Part shown: piece by piece, positions 31,731 to 41,528 of the stretch
Numbering within the stretch: position 1 is the stretch's first letter
How the letters are laid out: the number at the start of each line of letters is the position of its first letter
Assembly: GCA_017543905.1 (NCBI GenBank)
Contig: JAFYFC010000040.1
Span: 114,824 to 178,823 of the forward strand
DNA from: Clostridia bacterium
GTDB lineage: Bacteria; Bacillota; Clostridia; Christensenellales; Aristaeellaceae
Reading direction: 5' to 3'
Length of the DNA: 64,000 nucleotides
Position numbers and translations under genes: made by a program
The notes under the pieces: model-generated
Told to the model about the DNA's origin: nothing
The model's input: the letters and a program-made list of their open reading frames with translations, nothing else
Database searches by the model: none

Positions 31731-32429
31731 TTATCTGACGCGGTTTATTATCCTGCTGATGCATTTATGGCTCTTCATATCCGTCTGTCTGACCCAGAGC
31801 GATACCCGGCTGGCCGGATTCAGGTTTTCCCAGATATCGGCTACCATATCGAAAATCGAGCCCTCTATATGCACCGCCGCCGGTTCCCCTGTAAAGGCGG
31901 TATCGCCGTCCGGGGCGTACATCGTAAGCAGCGCGCCGCAGCCCTCCGGCAGCTCAGAAAACTTGAAGGCGTTTCTGAGTATGCCCCTGCCCTCCGCGTC
32001 CGCAGCCTTGGTCAGACGCATGTCCATGAAGAAATCGTTTTCAGCCATGTCGATAAGCGCGGTTATGCGCGGCATATACTCCGGCCCGTCGTCAAGGCAC
32101 ACCTGTTCGCGCACGGCGCGGCCGAAGCTTTTGCCCTCGGCAAGGTCCGAGAATATATGCTCCGTATGCGTGCCGTTGCCTATCAGTATCTTGTTTTCAA
32201 ACGCAAGCACCGGCTGATAGATCAGATTTGCCCGCGTGATGCTTCCGGAGGGCTCGATAACCACTCCGCCGCCTTCCTCCACGAACCTGCGGGACATGCT
32301 TTCGTCGTCCCTGCCGCAAATAAAGCAGGCTGTAAGGATGTTGGAAGAATCCTCGCTTTTGCCCGCAAGTATCCCCGCTCCGGGATAACTGTACTTGGAA
32401 ATCGCCTCCGATATCGAAATAAATGCCAT
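31731..32429 (-). CDS. IMP cyclohydrolase-like (PurO-type) protein
   Basis: 232 aa: YPGAGILAGKSEDSSNILTACFICGRDDESMSRRF...ANLIYQPV...GNGTHTEHI resembles the bacterial IMP_cyclohyd family pattern (YPGRG..G....YFIMGRS..S.NR). Recognised from memory only. Confidence 0.5.
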   Translation of the reverse strand: MAFISISEAISKYSYPGAGILAGKSEDSSNILTACFICGRDDESMSRRFVEEGGGVVIEPSGSITRANLIYQPVLAFENKILIGNGTHTEHIFSDLAEGKSFGRAVREQVCLDDGPEYMPRITALIDMAENDFFMDMRLTKAADAEGRGILRNAFKFSELPEGCGALLTMYAPDGDTAFTGEPAAVHIEGSIFDMVADIWENLNPASRVSLWVRQTDMKSHKCISRIINRVR

Positions 32430-32440
32430 ATCAGCCTCCG

Positions 32441-33229
32441 CTAAAGCATGAAGCGCCTGTCTGGCTCAAGCTTTAGATAGTCCAGAAATCTGCGTATGTG
32501 TTCGTCCCAGTATTCCCAGGTATGCGAGCCCGGATCCTCCTCGTATTTATAATCGAAAGGATTGTCCGGGAAGGCCTGGAAGAAATCGCGCGTTTTATGC
32601 GCGTTTTCAAGCAGGAAATCCTCGCTGCCGCAGGAATGGTATATCCTCGGCAGCAGTCTGCCCGCCTCGCAGGCGCGGCTCGCGTTTCCGAAAACGTCCT
32701 CCTCGGTGTCGGCAAGCTTTCTACCCTCGTACAGCATACGCTTTTTCTCACGGAAGCGCGGATCGTCGTTTTCGCCCATATACATACCGTACGCGCCGGC
32801 CGAGAGGCAGCAGATCGCCGCGTATTTGTCCGGGTTCGCAAGGCCGATTTTAAGCGCGCCCGCGCCGCCCATCGAAAGCCCCGCGATGAAGTTGTCCTCA
32901 CGCTTTTCGCTTAACGGGAAAAACGTCCGCATGAGCCGCGGAAGCTCGCTTGATATATAAGTGTAGTACCTCGCGCCGTGCGCCATGTCGGCATAGGATG
33001 AAAGGCTTACCGCGGGCATTACCACCGCCAGACCGTAAGCGGATACATAGCGTTCTATCGAGGTGCGTCTTTGCCATATCGTCTCGTCGTCGCTCGAGCC
33101 GTGAAGCAGGTACAGGGTTTTGAATTTCTCGTCCCCGGGACGCCCGCCGCGAAGCTGCGGGAGTATCACGTCGCAGGATACGCAGCGCACCAGCGCGTCC
33201 GAGAAAAAGTTTATATGAGTGAGCGCCAT
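32441..33229 (-). CDS. Esterase family protein (esterase D / putative esterase fold)
   Basis: I prefer ATG 33229 (MALTHINFFSDAL.., RBS GGAGGGAG), giving a TAATG overlap with the upstream paralog. Nucleophile elbow GLSMGGAGA. 262 aa. Confidence 0.75.
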   Translation of the reverse strand: MALTHINFFSDALVRCVSCDVILPQLRGGRPGDEKFKTLYLLHGSSDDETIWQRRTSIERYVSAYGLAVVMPAVSLSSYADMAHGARYYTYISSELPRLMRTFFPLSEKREDNFIAGLSMGGAGALKIGLANPDKYAAICCLSAGAYGMYMGENDDPRFREKKRMLYEGRKLADTEEDVFGNASRACEAGRLLPRIYHSCGSEDFLLENAHKTRDFFQAFPDNPFDYKYEEDPGSHTWEYWDEHIRRFLDYLKLEPDRRFML

Positions 33230-34020
33230 TATACTCCCTCCTCTCCAAGCGGCAGCCATTTAAGCACGCTCTGTATCTTTCTGTCCCACAGTCCCCATTC
33301 GTGTACGCCGGGCTCCTCCTCGTACGTAAGGTCGAGCCCCAACTTTTTAATGTGGTTTCTGAGCTTTACGTTCTGCAGATACAGAAAATCCTCCGTTCCG
33401 CAGCACATGTAGAGTCTGGGCGCCTGAGGCGCGTCCCTAAGGTTTTCGGCTAAAGTGAACAGATCGTGATTAGAGCCCGGGACGTCTTCGGCCCTGCCGA
33501 ATATGTCCTCCATCTCGCGTTTTTCCGCAAACGCCGGGCGCGCGCAGATCTCCGCTATGTCCACCGCGCCGGACAGGCTTGCGGCGTGAGAATAGATATC
33601 CGGTCTGCTCATTCCGAGCTTGAGCGCGCCGTAACCGCCCATCGAAAGTCCTGCCACGAAAGTGTCCTCACGGTTTAAGGATATGTTCGGAAAGAAGCTC
33701 TTGCACACGCGCGGCAGCTCCTCCGTAAAGTACGTAAACCATTTGAAGCCGATTTTCATGTCCGTGTACCAGCCGCGCTGCGTGGTGGGCATGATAACCG
33801 CAAGGGGCTTATTGGACACGTAGCGTTCTATGGACGTGCGCCTTTGCCAGATAGTGTGGTCGTCGCTGAGTCCGTGCAGGAGATACAGCGTTTTCCACGC
33901 GCCGGAAGAAACGTTCGAGCTCATGCCTATCTGGCCGCTCACGCGCTCAGGCAGGATAACGTAAAGCTGCGTATGCATGCCCAGCGTCTCGGAAAAGAAA
34001 TCCGTCTGTAAAAGTGCCAT
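33229..34020 (-). CDS. Esterase family protein, paralog of 32441..33229
   Basis: 263 aa: MALLQTDFFSETL.., YLLHGLSDDHTIWQRRTSIERY (nearly identical block in the paralog), GLSMGGYGA. Confidence 0.75.
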   Translation of the reverse strand: MALLQTDFFSETLGMHTQLYVILPERVSGQIGMSSNVSSGAWKTLYLLHGLSDDHTIWQRRTSIERYVSNKPLAVIMPTTQRGWYTDMKIGFKWFTYFTEELPRVCKSFFPNISLNREDTFVAGLSMGGYGALKLGMSRPDIYSHAASLSGAVDIAEICARPAFAEKREMEDIFGRAEDVPGSNHDLFTLAENLRDAPQAPRLYMCCGTEDFLYLQNVKLRNHIKKLGLDLTYEEEPGVHEWGLWDRKIQSVLKWLPLGEEGV

Positions 34021-34036
34021 ACAGCGCCTCCGTGCG

Positions 34037-35134
34037 TCAGTCGATCATTTCAAGCTTGACCGTAAGCTCGAGTATCTCTATCTTTTTGAGCGCTTCCCCG
34101 TCCTTGTCGAAGTAACGCGCGATGGTCACGGTGAAGGTGTCGCCCGCGGAGAGCTTGTCGATTATCTTGGTGTACTCGCGGAAATTGTACACGCGCGTGC
34201 CGTTTATATGAGTTATAACGTCGCCCACGCGCAGACCCGCCTTCGCGCCGGAGCCGCCCTTTTCGACCTCGGATATCTTGAGTCCGGCAGGCGGATAATT
34301 CTTGAGCGCTTCCTCGGGACCGTTGTTGTCCATGACGGACACTCCGATGCGCGGACGGTTATAAACGCCAGTGTTTATAATGCTTTCGGCGATCGGCCAC
34401 GCCACGTCCATCGGCACCGCGAAGGCAAGGTTTTCATATACTATCAGCTCTTCGCCGTTTGCGTCCTTGTAGTAGTAGCCCATGTATTTCATAAACGGTA
34501 TGCCTACCAGCTCGCCCTGCATGTTGAGCAGCGCGCCGCCCGAATTGCCGGGGTTGACCGCCGCGTCCACCTGTATGAGGCCTACGGCGCGCTGCGCGTC
34601 ATAATCCGCGTCTTCGCGGTTAAGACCGGCGACGATACCCGACGTAAGCGTATTGTACATGGCTTTCTCGTCGACCGGCGTACCGATCACGCAGATCAGC
34701 TCGCCCACCCGCAGAGCAGAGGAGGAGCCGATTTTTACAGGCTCGATGTTCAGTTCCTCGTCGACCTTCACGACCGCCACGTCGCTTGCCGCGTCGAAGC
34801 CGACTACGAGCGCCTCGTACGTAACACCGCCGCCGAAGCGGATCTCGAGCTCGTCACAGTCCTCGACCACGTGATAGTTGGTAAGGAAATAGCCGCGCAC
34901 GTCGACAAGCACCGCGCTGCCACCGCCCTCCTCCTTCTTGGTGACCGTATCGGTATTTGCGTCCCATACGTTCGACACTCTCGCGAGCACGGCCACCGCC
35001 GGAGATACCTTTTCGTATATTTCCGGCAGAGGGTTGCTGTTTGCAAGCACGTTCAGGTTTATGTCCGCGCATGCGGTCAATACGCAGGCGCACAGGAGTA
35101 CCGCGGTGAGTATCAGAGCAATCAGTCTTTTCAT
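34037..35134 (-). CDS. S1C (HtrA/DegP-like) serine protease with PDZ domain
   Basis: 365 aa: signal/anchor helix, TNYHVV, DVAVVKV, GNSGGALLN, C-terminal PDZ (GLRVGDVITHINGTRV). Confidence 0.85.
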   Translation of the reverse strand: MKRLIALILTAVLLCACVLTACADINLNVLANSNPLPEIYEKVSPAVAVLARVSNVWDANTDTVTKKEEGGGSAVLVDVRGYFLTNYHVVEDCDELEIRFGGGVTYEALVVGFDAASDVAVVKVDEELNIEPVKIGSSSALRVGELICVIGTPVDEKAMYNTLTSGIVAGLNREDADYDAQRAVGLIQVDAAVNPGNSGGALLNMQGELVGIPFMKYMGYYYKDANGEELIVYENLAFAVPMDVAWPIAESIINTGVYNRPRIGVSVMDNNGPEEALKNYPPAGLKISEVEKGGSGAKAGLRVGDVITHINGTRVYNFREYTKIIDKLSAGDTFTVTIARYFDKDGEALKKIEILELTVKLEMID

Positions 35135-35185
35135 GTGTATACCTCGTTTATCATAGTTTCGGCTGCTTCCGGGCAGCCGGAGGGT

Positions 35186-37558
35186 TCATTTGAGCGTCAC
35201 TATCGTCACGCCGTCCTCGCCTTCGCCGTAGCGGCCGGAACGGAACGAATCGACGTCCTTGATTTGCTTGAGTCGCGCCTGTACGGCGGCTCTCAGCGTG
35301 CCGGTGCCCTTGCCGTGGATGATCGTCAGGTTTTTAAGATTCGACAGCCGCGCGCCGTCTATGAACAGCTCCATTTGAGTGAGCGCTTCCTCTGTGCTCA
35401 TACCGCGCAGATCGCATTCGGTGGAGCCGCTGCGCGCGGAAACCTGTACGGAGGAGCCCGTCTGCGTTCTGGGCGTATAGCGCCCGACCGGCTTGGGCTT
35501 GGGCTCGCTCGTATCCATGCGTACCTCGCTTATGTTCGCCTTGAGCTTAAGCGCGCCTGCCTGCACGGTCATGTCTCCCTTGCTGTCAGGCGCGGTCACG
35601 ACGCTCGCGCTCGTTCCCAGACGCAGCAGCACGATACGGTCGCCCGGCTTAAGACTCTTCGGACGTTCTCCTTCCCGCTGCACCTCCGGCCTGACCGTAT
35701 CCGTAAGCTCGTCCAGCCCGTTTTGAAGCTCGCCCCGCAGCGCATGCAGCTCGTGCTCCTTGATAGAATTCTGCTTCGCCTTTTTTAGCTCCGAAATGAT
35801 GCGTTCGGAATCGTCCTGCGCCTTTTTGATAACCCGTCTTGCGTCCTCGCGCGCTTTTTTGAGCATCTGCTCGCGCTGCTGCTCGAGCTCGCGCCTTTCC
35901 TTTTCAGCCTGCGCGCGGATATGCAGGGTTTCGATATGCGCGCTTTCAGCGAGCTTGCGTTCCTTTTCTGCGATCTGGCGATGGTATTCGGCGTTGGCGA
36001 TAACGTCCTCAAAGCGTATCTGATCGTGCGTGAGGTGCTCGGCGGCGTTCTTTATAACGTTTTCTGGCAGTCCCAGCTTGCGCGAGATTTCAAACGCGTT
36101 CGACTTGCCCGGCACGCCGATAGAAAGGCGGTACGTGGGGCGCAGCGTCTCCACGTCAAATTCCACCGACGCGTTCTCGACGCCCTTCGTGCTTAACGCG
36201 AACACCTTAAGCTCGCTGTAGTGAGTCGTCGCGAGCGTGCTTATACCCTGCGATAGCAGGTTTTCAAGTATGCTCATGGCGAGCGCGGCTCCCTCTGTGG
36301 GGTCCGTGCCCGCGCCGAGCTCGTCGAACAGCACGAGGGAGCGCCGCGTCACGTTTCCGAGTATACGCACGATATTCGTCATGTGTGACGAAAACGTCGA
36401 AAGGCTCTGCTCTATCGACTGCTCGTCGCCTATGTCCGCGAACACCTCGTCGTATATGCTTATCTCGCTTCCGAAGGACGCGGGTATCTGCATGCCGGCC
36501 TGCGCCATAAGCGTGAGCAGGCCCACCGTTTTGAGCGTGACCGTCTTGCCGCCGGTATTCGGGCCGGTTATCACGAGCGTTGTAAACTCTCCGCCCATCC
36601 ACAGATCGGTCGGCACCACGCGCGCCGGGTCTATTAGCGGATGCCTTGCGCGGATAAGCTTTATCCGTCCCTCCGTGTTTAGCGCGGGCGGCACCGCGTT
36701 CATTTCTCTGGCCAGATACGCCCTTGCGAATATCACGTCCAGCGCGGCCATCGTGCGCATGGAGGAGAGTATGAGCCCCGCCTCCGGCGCGACGCGCGCG
36801 GTGAATTCCGCAAGTATGCGCTCGATTTCCTTCTTTTCCTTCAGCGTAAGCTCCTTAAGCTCGTTCCCCGCCTCCACTACGCTCATCGGTTCTATGAACA
36901 CCGTGGAGCCGCTGCCGCTCTGGTCGTGCACGAGACCGGGCACATACTGTCTGTATTCGCTTTTTACAGGCAGCACGTAGCGGCCGTTTCTGACGGTGAT
37001 TATCGTGCCCATCAGATACTTCTGCATAGACGCGGAATGTATGAAGCTGTTCAGCTTGTCGCGCACCTTGTCGTTTACGACGCGTATATGGCGGCGTATG
37101 TCGTAAAGCTCCGGCGAGGCGTGGTCGCTCATCTCGTCCTCGGAGATTATCGCGTTCGTGATCTCCTCCTCAAGCATGCGGTCTGTAGTGATGGTCGAGG
37201 CAAGCTCCGTTATGATGGGCGTGTCCTCACGGTCTGTGACCAGCGCGCGGCGCACGTTACGGCACGCGCACAAAACTCCCGCTATCTCGAGCAGTGCCTT
37301 CATCGTCAGCACGCTGCCCATTTCAGACAGCCGCAGATATTCGCTCACGTCCCTGAAGGCGCTTATCGGATTTCCGCCCGTATACGCGATCACGTCGAGT
37401 GCTTCTTCGGTTTCCGCCTGCAGGCGCTTTACCTGCTCAGGCTCGCCGGAGGGCGCAAGCTCAAGCGCAAGCGCCTTACCCATCTCGGACACCGCGAAGT
37501 CCTTCAGGCGCTCGAGTATTTTGTCGTATTCAAGTATATGTCTGTATTTTGCGTCCAT
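35186..37558 (-). CDS. mutS2: Endonuclease MutS2
   Basis: 790 aa: Walker A ITGPNTGGKT, DELGAGTDP, C-terminal Smr domain (LRGMSTEEAL...IIHGKGTGTLR). Confidence 0.92.
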   Translation of the reverse strand: MDAKYRHILEYDKILERLKDFAVSEMGKALALELAPSGEPEQVKRLQAETEEALDVIAYTGGNPISAFRDVSEYLRLSEMGSVLTMKALLEIAGVLCACRNVRRALVTDREDTPIITELASTITTDRMLEEEITNAIISEDEMSDHASPELYDIRRHIRVVNDKVRDKLNSFIHSASMQKYLMGTIITVRNGRYVLPVKSEYRQYVPGLVHDQSGSGSTVFIEPMSVVEAGNELKELTLKEKKEIERILAEFTARVAPEAGLILSSMRTMAALDVIFARAYLAREMNAVPPALNTEGRIKLIRARHPLIDPARVVPTDLWMGGEFTTLVITGPNTGGKTVTLKTVGLLTLMAQAGMQIPASFGSEISIYDEVFADIGDEQSIEQSLSTFSSHMTNIVRILGNVTRRSLVLFDELGAGTDPTEGAALAMSILENLLSQGISTLATTHYSELKVFALSTKGVENASVEFDVETLRPTYRLSIGVPGKSNAFEISRKLGLPENVIKNAAEHLTHDQIRFEDVIANAEYHRQIAEKERKLAESAHIETLHIRAQAEKERRELEQQREQMLKKAREDARRVIKKAQDDSERIISELKKAKQNSIKEHELHALRGELQNGLDELTDTVRPEVQREGERPKSLKPGDRIVLLRLGTSASVVTAPDSKGDMTVQAGALKLKANISEVRMDTSEPKPKPVGRYTPRTQTGSSVQVSARSGSTECDLRGMSTEEALTQMELFIDGARLSNLKNLTIIHGKGTGTLRAAVQARLKQIKDVDSFRSGRYGEGEDGVTIVTLK

Positions 37559-37569
37559 TTATGCTCCGT

Positions 37570-39879
37570 TTATTCGGTTTTTCTGAAATAATGCCCCGTG
37601 GTTATGCTTTCCGGCAGCACGCTCGTATCCGTGCGTTCTCCGCGCGCGAGGCTTGCGTAGGCAAGCGTGATTCTGCGTGCAGCCGCATAGTCTGCGCGGT
37701 CGAATATAAGTCTCCAGGATTCGCACGCGGGCAGCTTCTCTGTATGCTGCGCGAGGCTCAGCGGCACGGAGTTCAGTACGTCTATTGTGCAGCCATCGTC
37801 TGACGCAAGCCGCCTTAACGGAAAGCGCACGTTCATCCGGTCAGTCAGCGTGCAGTCGTCGAGCCGTTTTCCGTTTTTCGCCGTGTCGCACGCGCGGCAC
37901 GCTGTATGCAGTCCCCCGCGCCGCGCCGCGTTAAGCGGACAGTGCCGCAGATGCATAAGCGGCAGACGTCCGTATACGAGCAGCTCCTTGCGCCCGCCGA
38001 AGGCCGCGATCTCACGCGAGGTCAATTCCGGCGAAGGGGTGTATATCCGGTTTCCGACATCCAGAAACTCAAGCGCGGGCGAATTTGCGATGTTCAGCGC
38101 GAAATCGAAGCGGTTTTCGCCCGGCCAGTTCTTAAGCAGCTGTCCTATATTCGTTATATATACGCCCTTCAGCCTGTCCGCGTTCTTTACCGCAAACTCA
38201 TATAAGACGTCGAGCGTCCGCGTCTGCGCGACCGGCGGAAGGTACAAAAACATGCCGTCGATATCCGCGCCTTCAAGCGCGCTCGCGCGCAGATCCGCCG
38301 GGAAATACACCCCGTCGTCCGCTCCCGCGGAAAGAAGCTCGCGCAGCAGCGACGCGTTGTCGCTCTGAACTGTTATGCGCGGCGCACGCGCGGCGCTCAT
38401 AGCGTATTCCGGTACGGTATACGGTTTAAGTACGGCTGCGTCGTGCGCGGCGCGGATGCGCTTGGCGCGCAGCGTATCGATGCATTCGCGCCTAAGCGTG
38501 TTTACAGCCGATATCGGCATAAACGCGTCCGCATCCGTATCCAGCGACACGTTTTTTATATAATAAGGCGTTCCGCCCGTCTTCGAAAGCTGTGCGCGCA
38601 GACGTTCAGTATCAAGAGGCGACTTCTGCGCTTTCTCGGCAGCTTCGCCCTGCGCGCTTACGGTATGTATGCCGTCCGTCATCGTGAGGCGCGTATTTTC
38701 GCCTGTATGCACGTACATATGCGCGTCGACGCCCACGCACTGCGCTTCGCACTGCATGCTGCGCGCCGCTTCGCTCAGCTGAGCCTCGCTCGCCATGCGG
38801 TATAGCTCTCCGGGTTTGCCCGCAGGATTCGGGAGGCTGTCTCCGGCGCGTCCGGACAGCCTTACAGGCTCGTCTTCACCGTTTGCCGTGCGCAGCGCGA
38901 GCGCGTCGGCGCTTGAAACGTCCTTTTCCAGAAGCGCCGCTTTGGGCGTGCACTCACCTACCCTGACGCCGTAATGCGAGGGGCGCTCTTTTGAGATGAA
39001 ATCGCCGTCGCGTATCCCGACGGCATAGCCGTCCGTAAAGCCGCCGCGGTTGAAAATCTGCTTAAGCGCTTCCTCGTCGGCGCGCGTGAATTTCCCGCCG
39101 TCGAGCAGGCTTCTGTATATCCGCGTGACCACCGCCACGTATTCCGGGCGCTTCAGGCGGCCTTCGATTTTAAGGCTGGCGACTCCCGCACCGCGCAGCA
39201 AGTCCAAAAAGCCCGCCGTCATAAGGTCCTTGGGCGAAAGCAGATACCCGCTTGCGTCCGCCGCGCCGGAAAGAGTATACGGCAGACGGCAGGGTTGGGC
39301 GCATTGCCCGCGGTTGCCGCTGCGGCCTCCCACGAGGCTCGAAAACAGGCACTGTCCCGAGCAGGCGACGCACAGCGCGCCATGGCAGAATACTTCGGTT
39401 TCGATGCCGCAAGCGCTACACTGCCCGATTTCGTCAAGGCTCATTTCCCGCGCAAGCACCACGCGCTCGAAGCCGCGCTTTTTAAGATACGCCGCGCCCT
39501 GTGCGTTGTGCACCGCCATCTGGGTGCTCGCGTGCAGTCTGAGACGCGGCAGCATACCGCTAAGCAGCGCGCATACGCCGAAATCCTGAACTATCGCCGC
39601 GTCGGCCGCGCAGTCGTAAAGCTCCCGCGCGATCTCCTCCAGGTGAGAAAGCTCCTCCTGCTTTACCACGGTATTGACCGTGACGTAGAGCTTTTTCCCG
39701 CGTTCGTGCAGATAGTCGGCTGCTCTCAAAAGCCCGTCCGCGTCGAAGTTTCCGGCGCCGCGCCGCGCGTTCAGCGTTTTGCCGCCCAGATATACCGCGT
39801 CCGCGCCGTTTTGCACTGCGGCGACGAGCGAGTCCCACTGACCCGCCGGCGCAAGCAGCTCCGGTTTGCAGCGCTTCAT
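37570..39879 (-). CDS. U32 family peptidase (long form)
   Basis: 769 aa: ELLAPAG..AAVQNGADAVYLGG, Cys-rich segment CHGALCVACSGQCLFS..GNRGQCAQPCR, EGRLKRPEY. Confidence 0.8.
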   Translation of the reverse strand: MKRCKPELLAPAGQWDSLVAAVQNGADAVYLGGKTLNARRGAGNFDADGLLRAADYLHERGKKLYVTVNTVVKQEELSHLEEIARELYDCAADAAIVQDFGVCALLSGMLPRLRLHASTQMAVHNAQGAAYLKKRGFERVVLAREMSLDEIGQCSACGIETEVFCHGALCVACSGQCLFSSLVGGRSGNRGQCAQPCRLPYTLSGAADASGYLLSPKDLMTAGFLDLLRGAGVASLKIEGRLKRPEYVAVVTRIYRSLLDGGKFTRADEEALKQIFNRGGFTDGYAVGIRDGDFISKERPSHYGVRVGECTPKAALLEKDVSSADALALRTANGEDEPVRLSGRAGDSLPNPAGKPGELYRMASEAQLSEAARSMQCEAQCVGVDAHMYVHTGENTRLTMTDGIHTVSAQGEAAEKAQKSPLDTERLRAQLSKTGGTPYYIKNVSLDTDADAFMPISAVNTLRRECIDTLRAKRIRAAHDAAVLKPYTVPEYAMSAARAPRITVQSDNASLLRELLSAGADDGVYFPADLRASALEGADIDGMFLYLPPVAQTRTLDVLYEFAVKNADRLKGVYITNIGQLLKNWPGENRFDFALNIANSPALEFLDVGNRIYTPSPELTSREIAAFGGRKELLVYGRLPLMHLRHCPLNAARRGGLHTACRACDTAKNGKRLDDCTLTDRMNVRFPLRRLASDDGCTIDVLNSVPLSLAQHTEKLPACESWRLIFDRADYAAARRITLAYASLARGERTDTSVLPESITTGHYFRKTE

Positions 39880-41360
39880 TATTTGCCGTATATGAAGCGG
39901 TGAAGCTCTTTGGTGTTCTCCGCTACGTCCATATCGTAGAGCATCGCTTCCTCGCCGCGTTTTTCGTCCTTGTACGTGCCGTTTGCGGGCAGTCTAAGCT
40001 CAGACAGGCCGCTGAAGTCGGCGTTTGAAAGCACCTTGCCGGCGAGGTCGTATATCGTCTTTATGTCGAGATTGGTCTTGCAGTACTGGATATTGTTCGT
40101 TACCAGCGGTATTATCTGCGACGCCGATAATTTCATCGCCTTGCCGAGCAGCGCGTTCAGCACGTCTCTCTGCCTGCGCGTGCGTTCGTAGTCGCCGCCG
40201 TCCAGCTTTCTTATGCGCGCGTAGCCAAGCGTCTGCATGCCGTTTAAATGAATGCCCTTGCCGAAGGCTTTGAGCTCTGTTTCGTAATACTCTTTTTCCG
40301 CAGAGTCGTAATCCATCTTTTTCTGGTTTATCAGAATGTGATACTGTTCTGCTACGTTATGATTAATATGCTTCATTTCGGCTTCGCTTATGTCCATGTC
40401 TATGCCGCCGAGCTGACTGGCGATAGACGCAAAGCCGTCGAAATCCACAAATACGTATTTGGTTATGTTCATGCCGAAATAACGGTTCACGGTTTTCATC
40501 GCGAGGTTCGCTTCGCCGAGGAAATACGCGCTGTTGATACGCGTGGTGCGCCCGTTTATCGAAACGGCGGTGTCGCGCATTATGGACGTGAGCTTGACTT
40601 CTCCGCTAACCGTGTTCACGGAGCAGATCATCATCGTGTCGGTCCGGCAGGGCTCGCTGAGCACGCGTCTGTCCGCGCCGAGCAGCAGTATGTTCATCCA
40701 TTCGGGATCGAGCCCCGCCGTAACGTCGAGCTCGTCCGCGCTCACGCTCACGCTGCCGCCGAGCGCCGCGTCGAGACCGTCGCCCGCGCCTTCAGCCTCG
40801 ACCGTGGCGAAGTAACCATCGTTTTCGTATTTGGGGCTTTCGCGCACCGGGTCGCTGCGCGTGTCCTTCCCTTTGCCCACAAGCTGCTTCGCATCGAGCT
40901 TCGGCACGTCGTATACGTCGAAGTAGTCGAGCGCGAACGCCGCGCCGCAAAGCGATACGAGTACGAGCAGCACCGAAAGCAGCACGGCTGGTACCGCAGA
41001 TTTTTTCTTTTTGGAGCCGCGTCCCGCTTTTGAGGCCGAGGACGCGCGGCGGTTTGCGGCGTCACGCGCCTTTGCCCCGTCCGGTCTGCGCGCAGACGCC
41101 TTGCCTGAGGCGGAGCTTTTTTTCTTTTTGGGCTTTTCCTCTTCGTCGAGATATACGTACGGCAGCTCCCGCTCGGAATCGCCCGCCGCGCGCCCGGAGG
41201 CTGCTTTTTTCTTTTTGGCAGGCTTCTCGTCGTCTAAGTATACGTAAGGCAATTCACGCTCGGAATCGCCGGAAGCACGTTTATCAGGCGAAGCGCTTTT
41301 CTTCTTTTTGCGCTTGCCCTCGTCTTCGTCTATATAGGTATAAGGCAGATCGTCCCGCAT
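39879..41360 (-). CDS. LCP (LytR-CpsA-Psr) family protein with a repeat-containing cytoplasmic N-terminus
   Basis: 493 aa: TM helix AVLLSVLLVLVSLCGAAFAL, LLGADRR..RTDTMMICSVN, DFDGFASIASQLGGIDMDI. The N-terminus has three ELPYVYLD..KKKK units. Confidence 0.85.
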   Translation of the reverse strand: MRDDLPYTYIDEDEGKRKKKKSASPDKRASGDSERELPYVYLDDEKPAKKKKAASGRAAGDSERELPYVYLDEEEKPKKKKSSASGKASARRPDGAKARDAANRRASSASKAGRGSKKKKSAVPAVLLSVLLVLVSLCGAAFALDYFDVYDVPKLDAKQLVGKGKDTRSDPVRESPKYENDGYFATVEAEGAGDGLDAALGGSVSVSADELDVTAGLDPEWMNILLLGADRRVLSEPCRTDTMMICSVNTVSGEVKLTSIMRDTAVSINGRTTRINSAYFLGEANLAMKTVNRYFGMNITKYVFVDFDGFASIASQLGGIDMDISEAEMKHINHNVAEQYHILINQKKMDYDSAEKEYYETELKAFGKGIHLNGMQTLGYARIRKLDGGDYERTRRQRDVLNALLGKAMKLSASQIIPLVTNNIQYCKTNLDIKTIYDLAGKVLSNADFSGLSELRLPANGTYKDEKRGEEAMLYDMDVAENTKELHRFIYGK

Positions 41361-41528
41361 CGGTTTTCTCCCACAGATATAGTTTTATAGGATAGTATTA
41401 TACATGGTATAACAAAGTTTTACAAGTGGCTTTTGTGTTATAACGGTTAAAGCGTAATAAACATGCTTGACCGGCCCGAAGGTTTGTGCTATAGTCCACC
41501 AAAATGAAAATTGTACGGAGGGGCATTT

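Noticed and set aside
33977-35788. 603-aa plus-strand ORF, and similar long ORFs at 47738..49396 (+), 41385..42629 (-), 864..1715 (-), 7689..8852 (+), 15500..16438 (+), 27867..29075 (+) and 56338..57096 (-)
   Set aside because: All are antisense to, or frame-shifted over, genes with clear family motifs (HtrA/MutS2, RarA/VanW, the metallophosphoesterase, the synthetase, and so on). They lack RBSs, and their composition (R, A, H, V runs) is what shadow frames of GC-rich genes look like.
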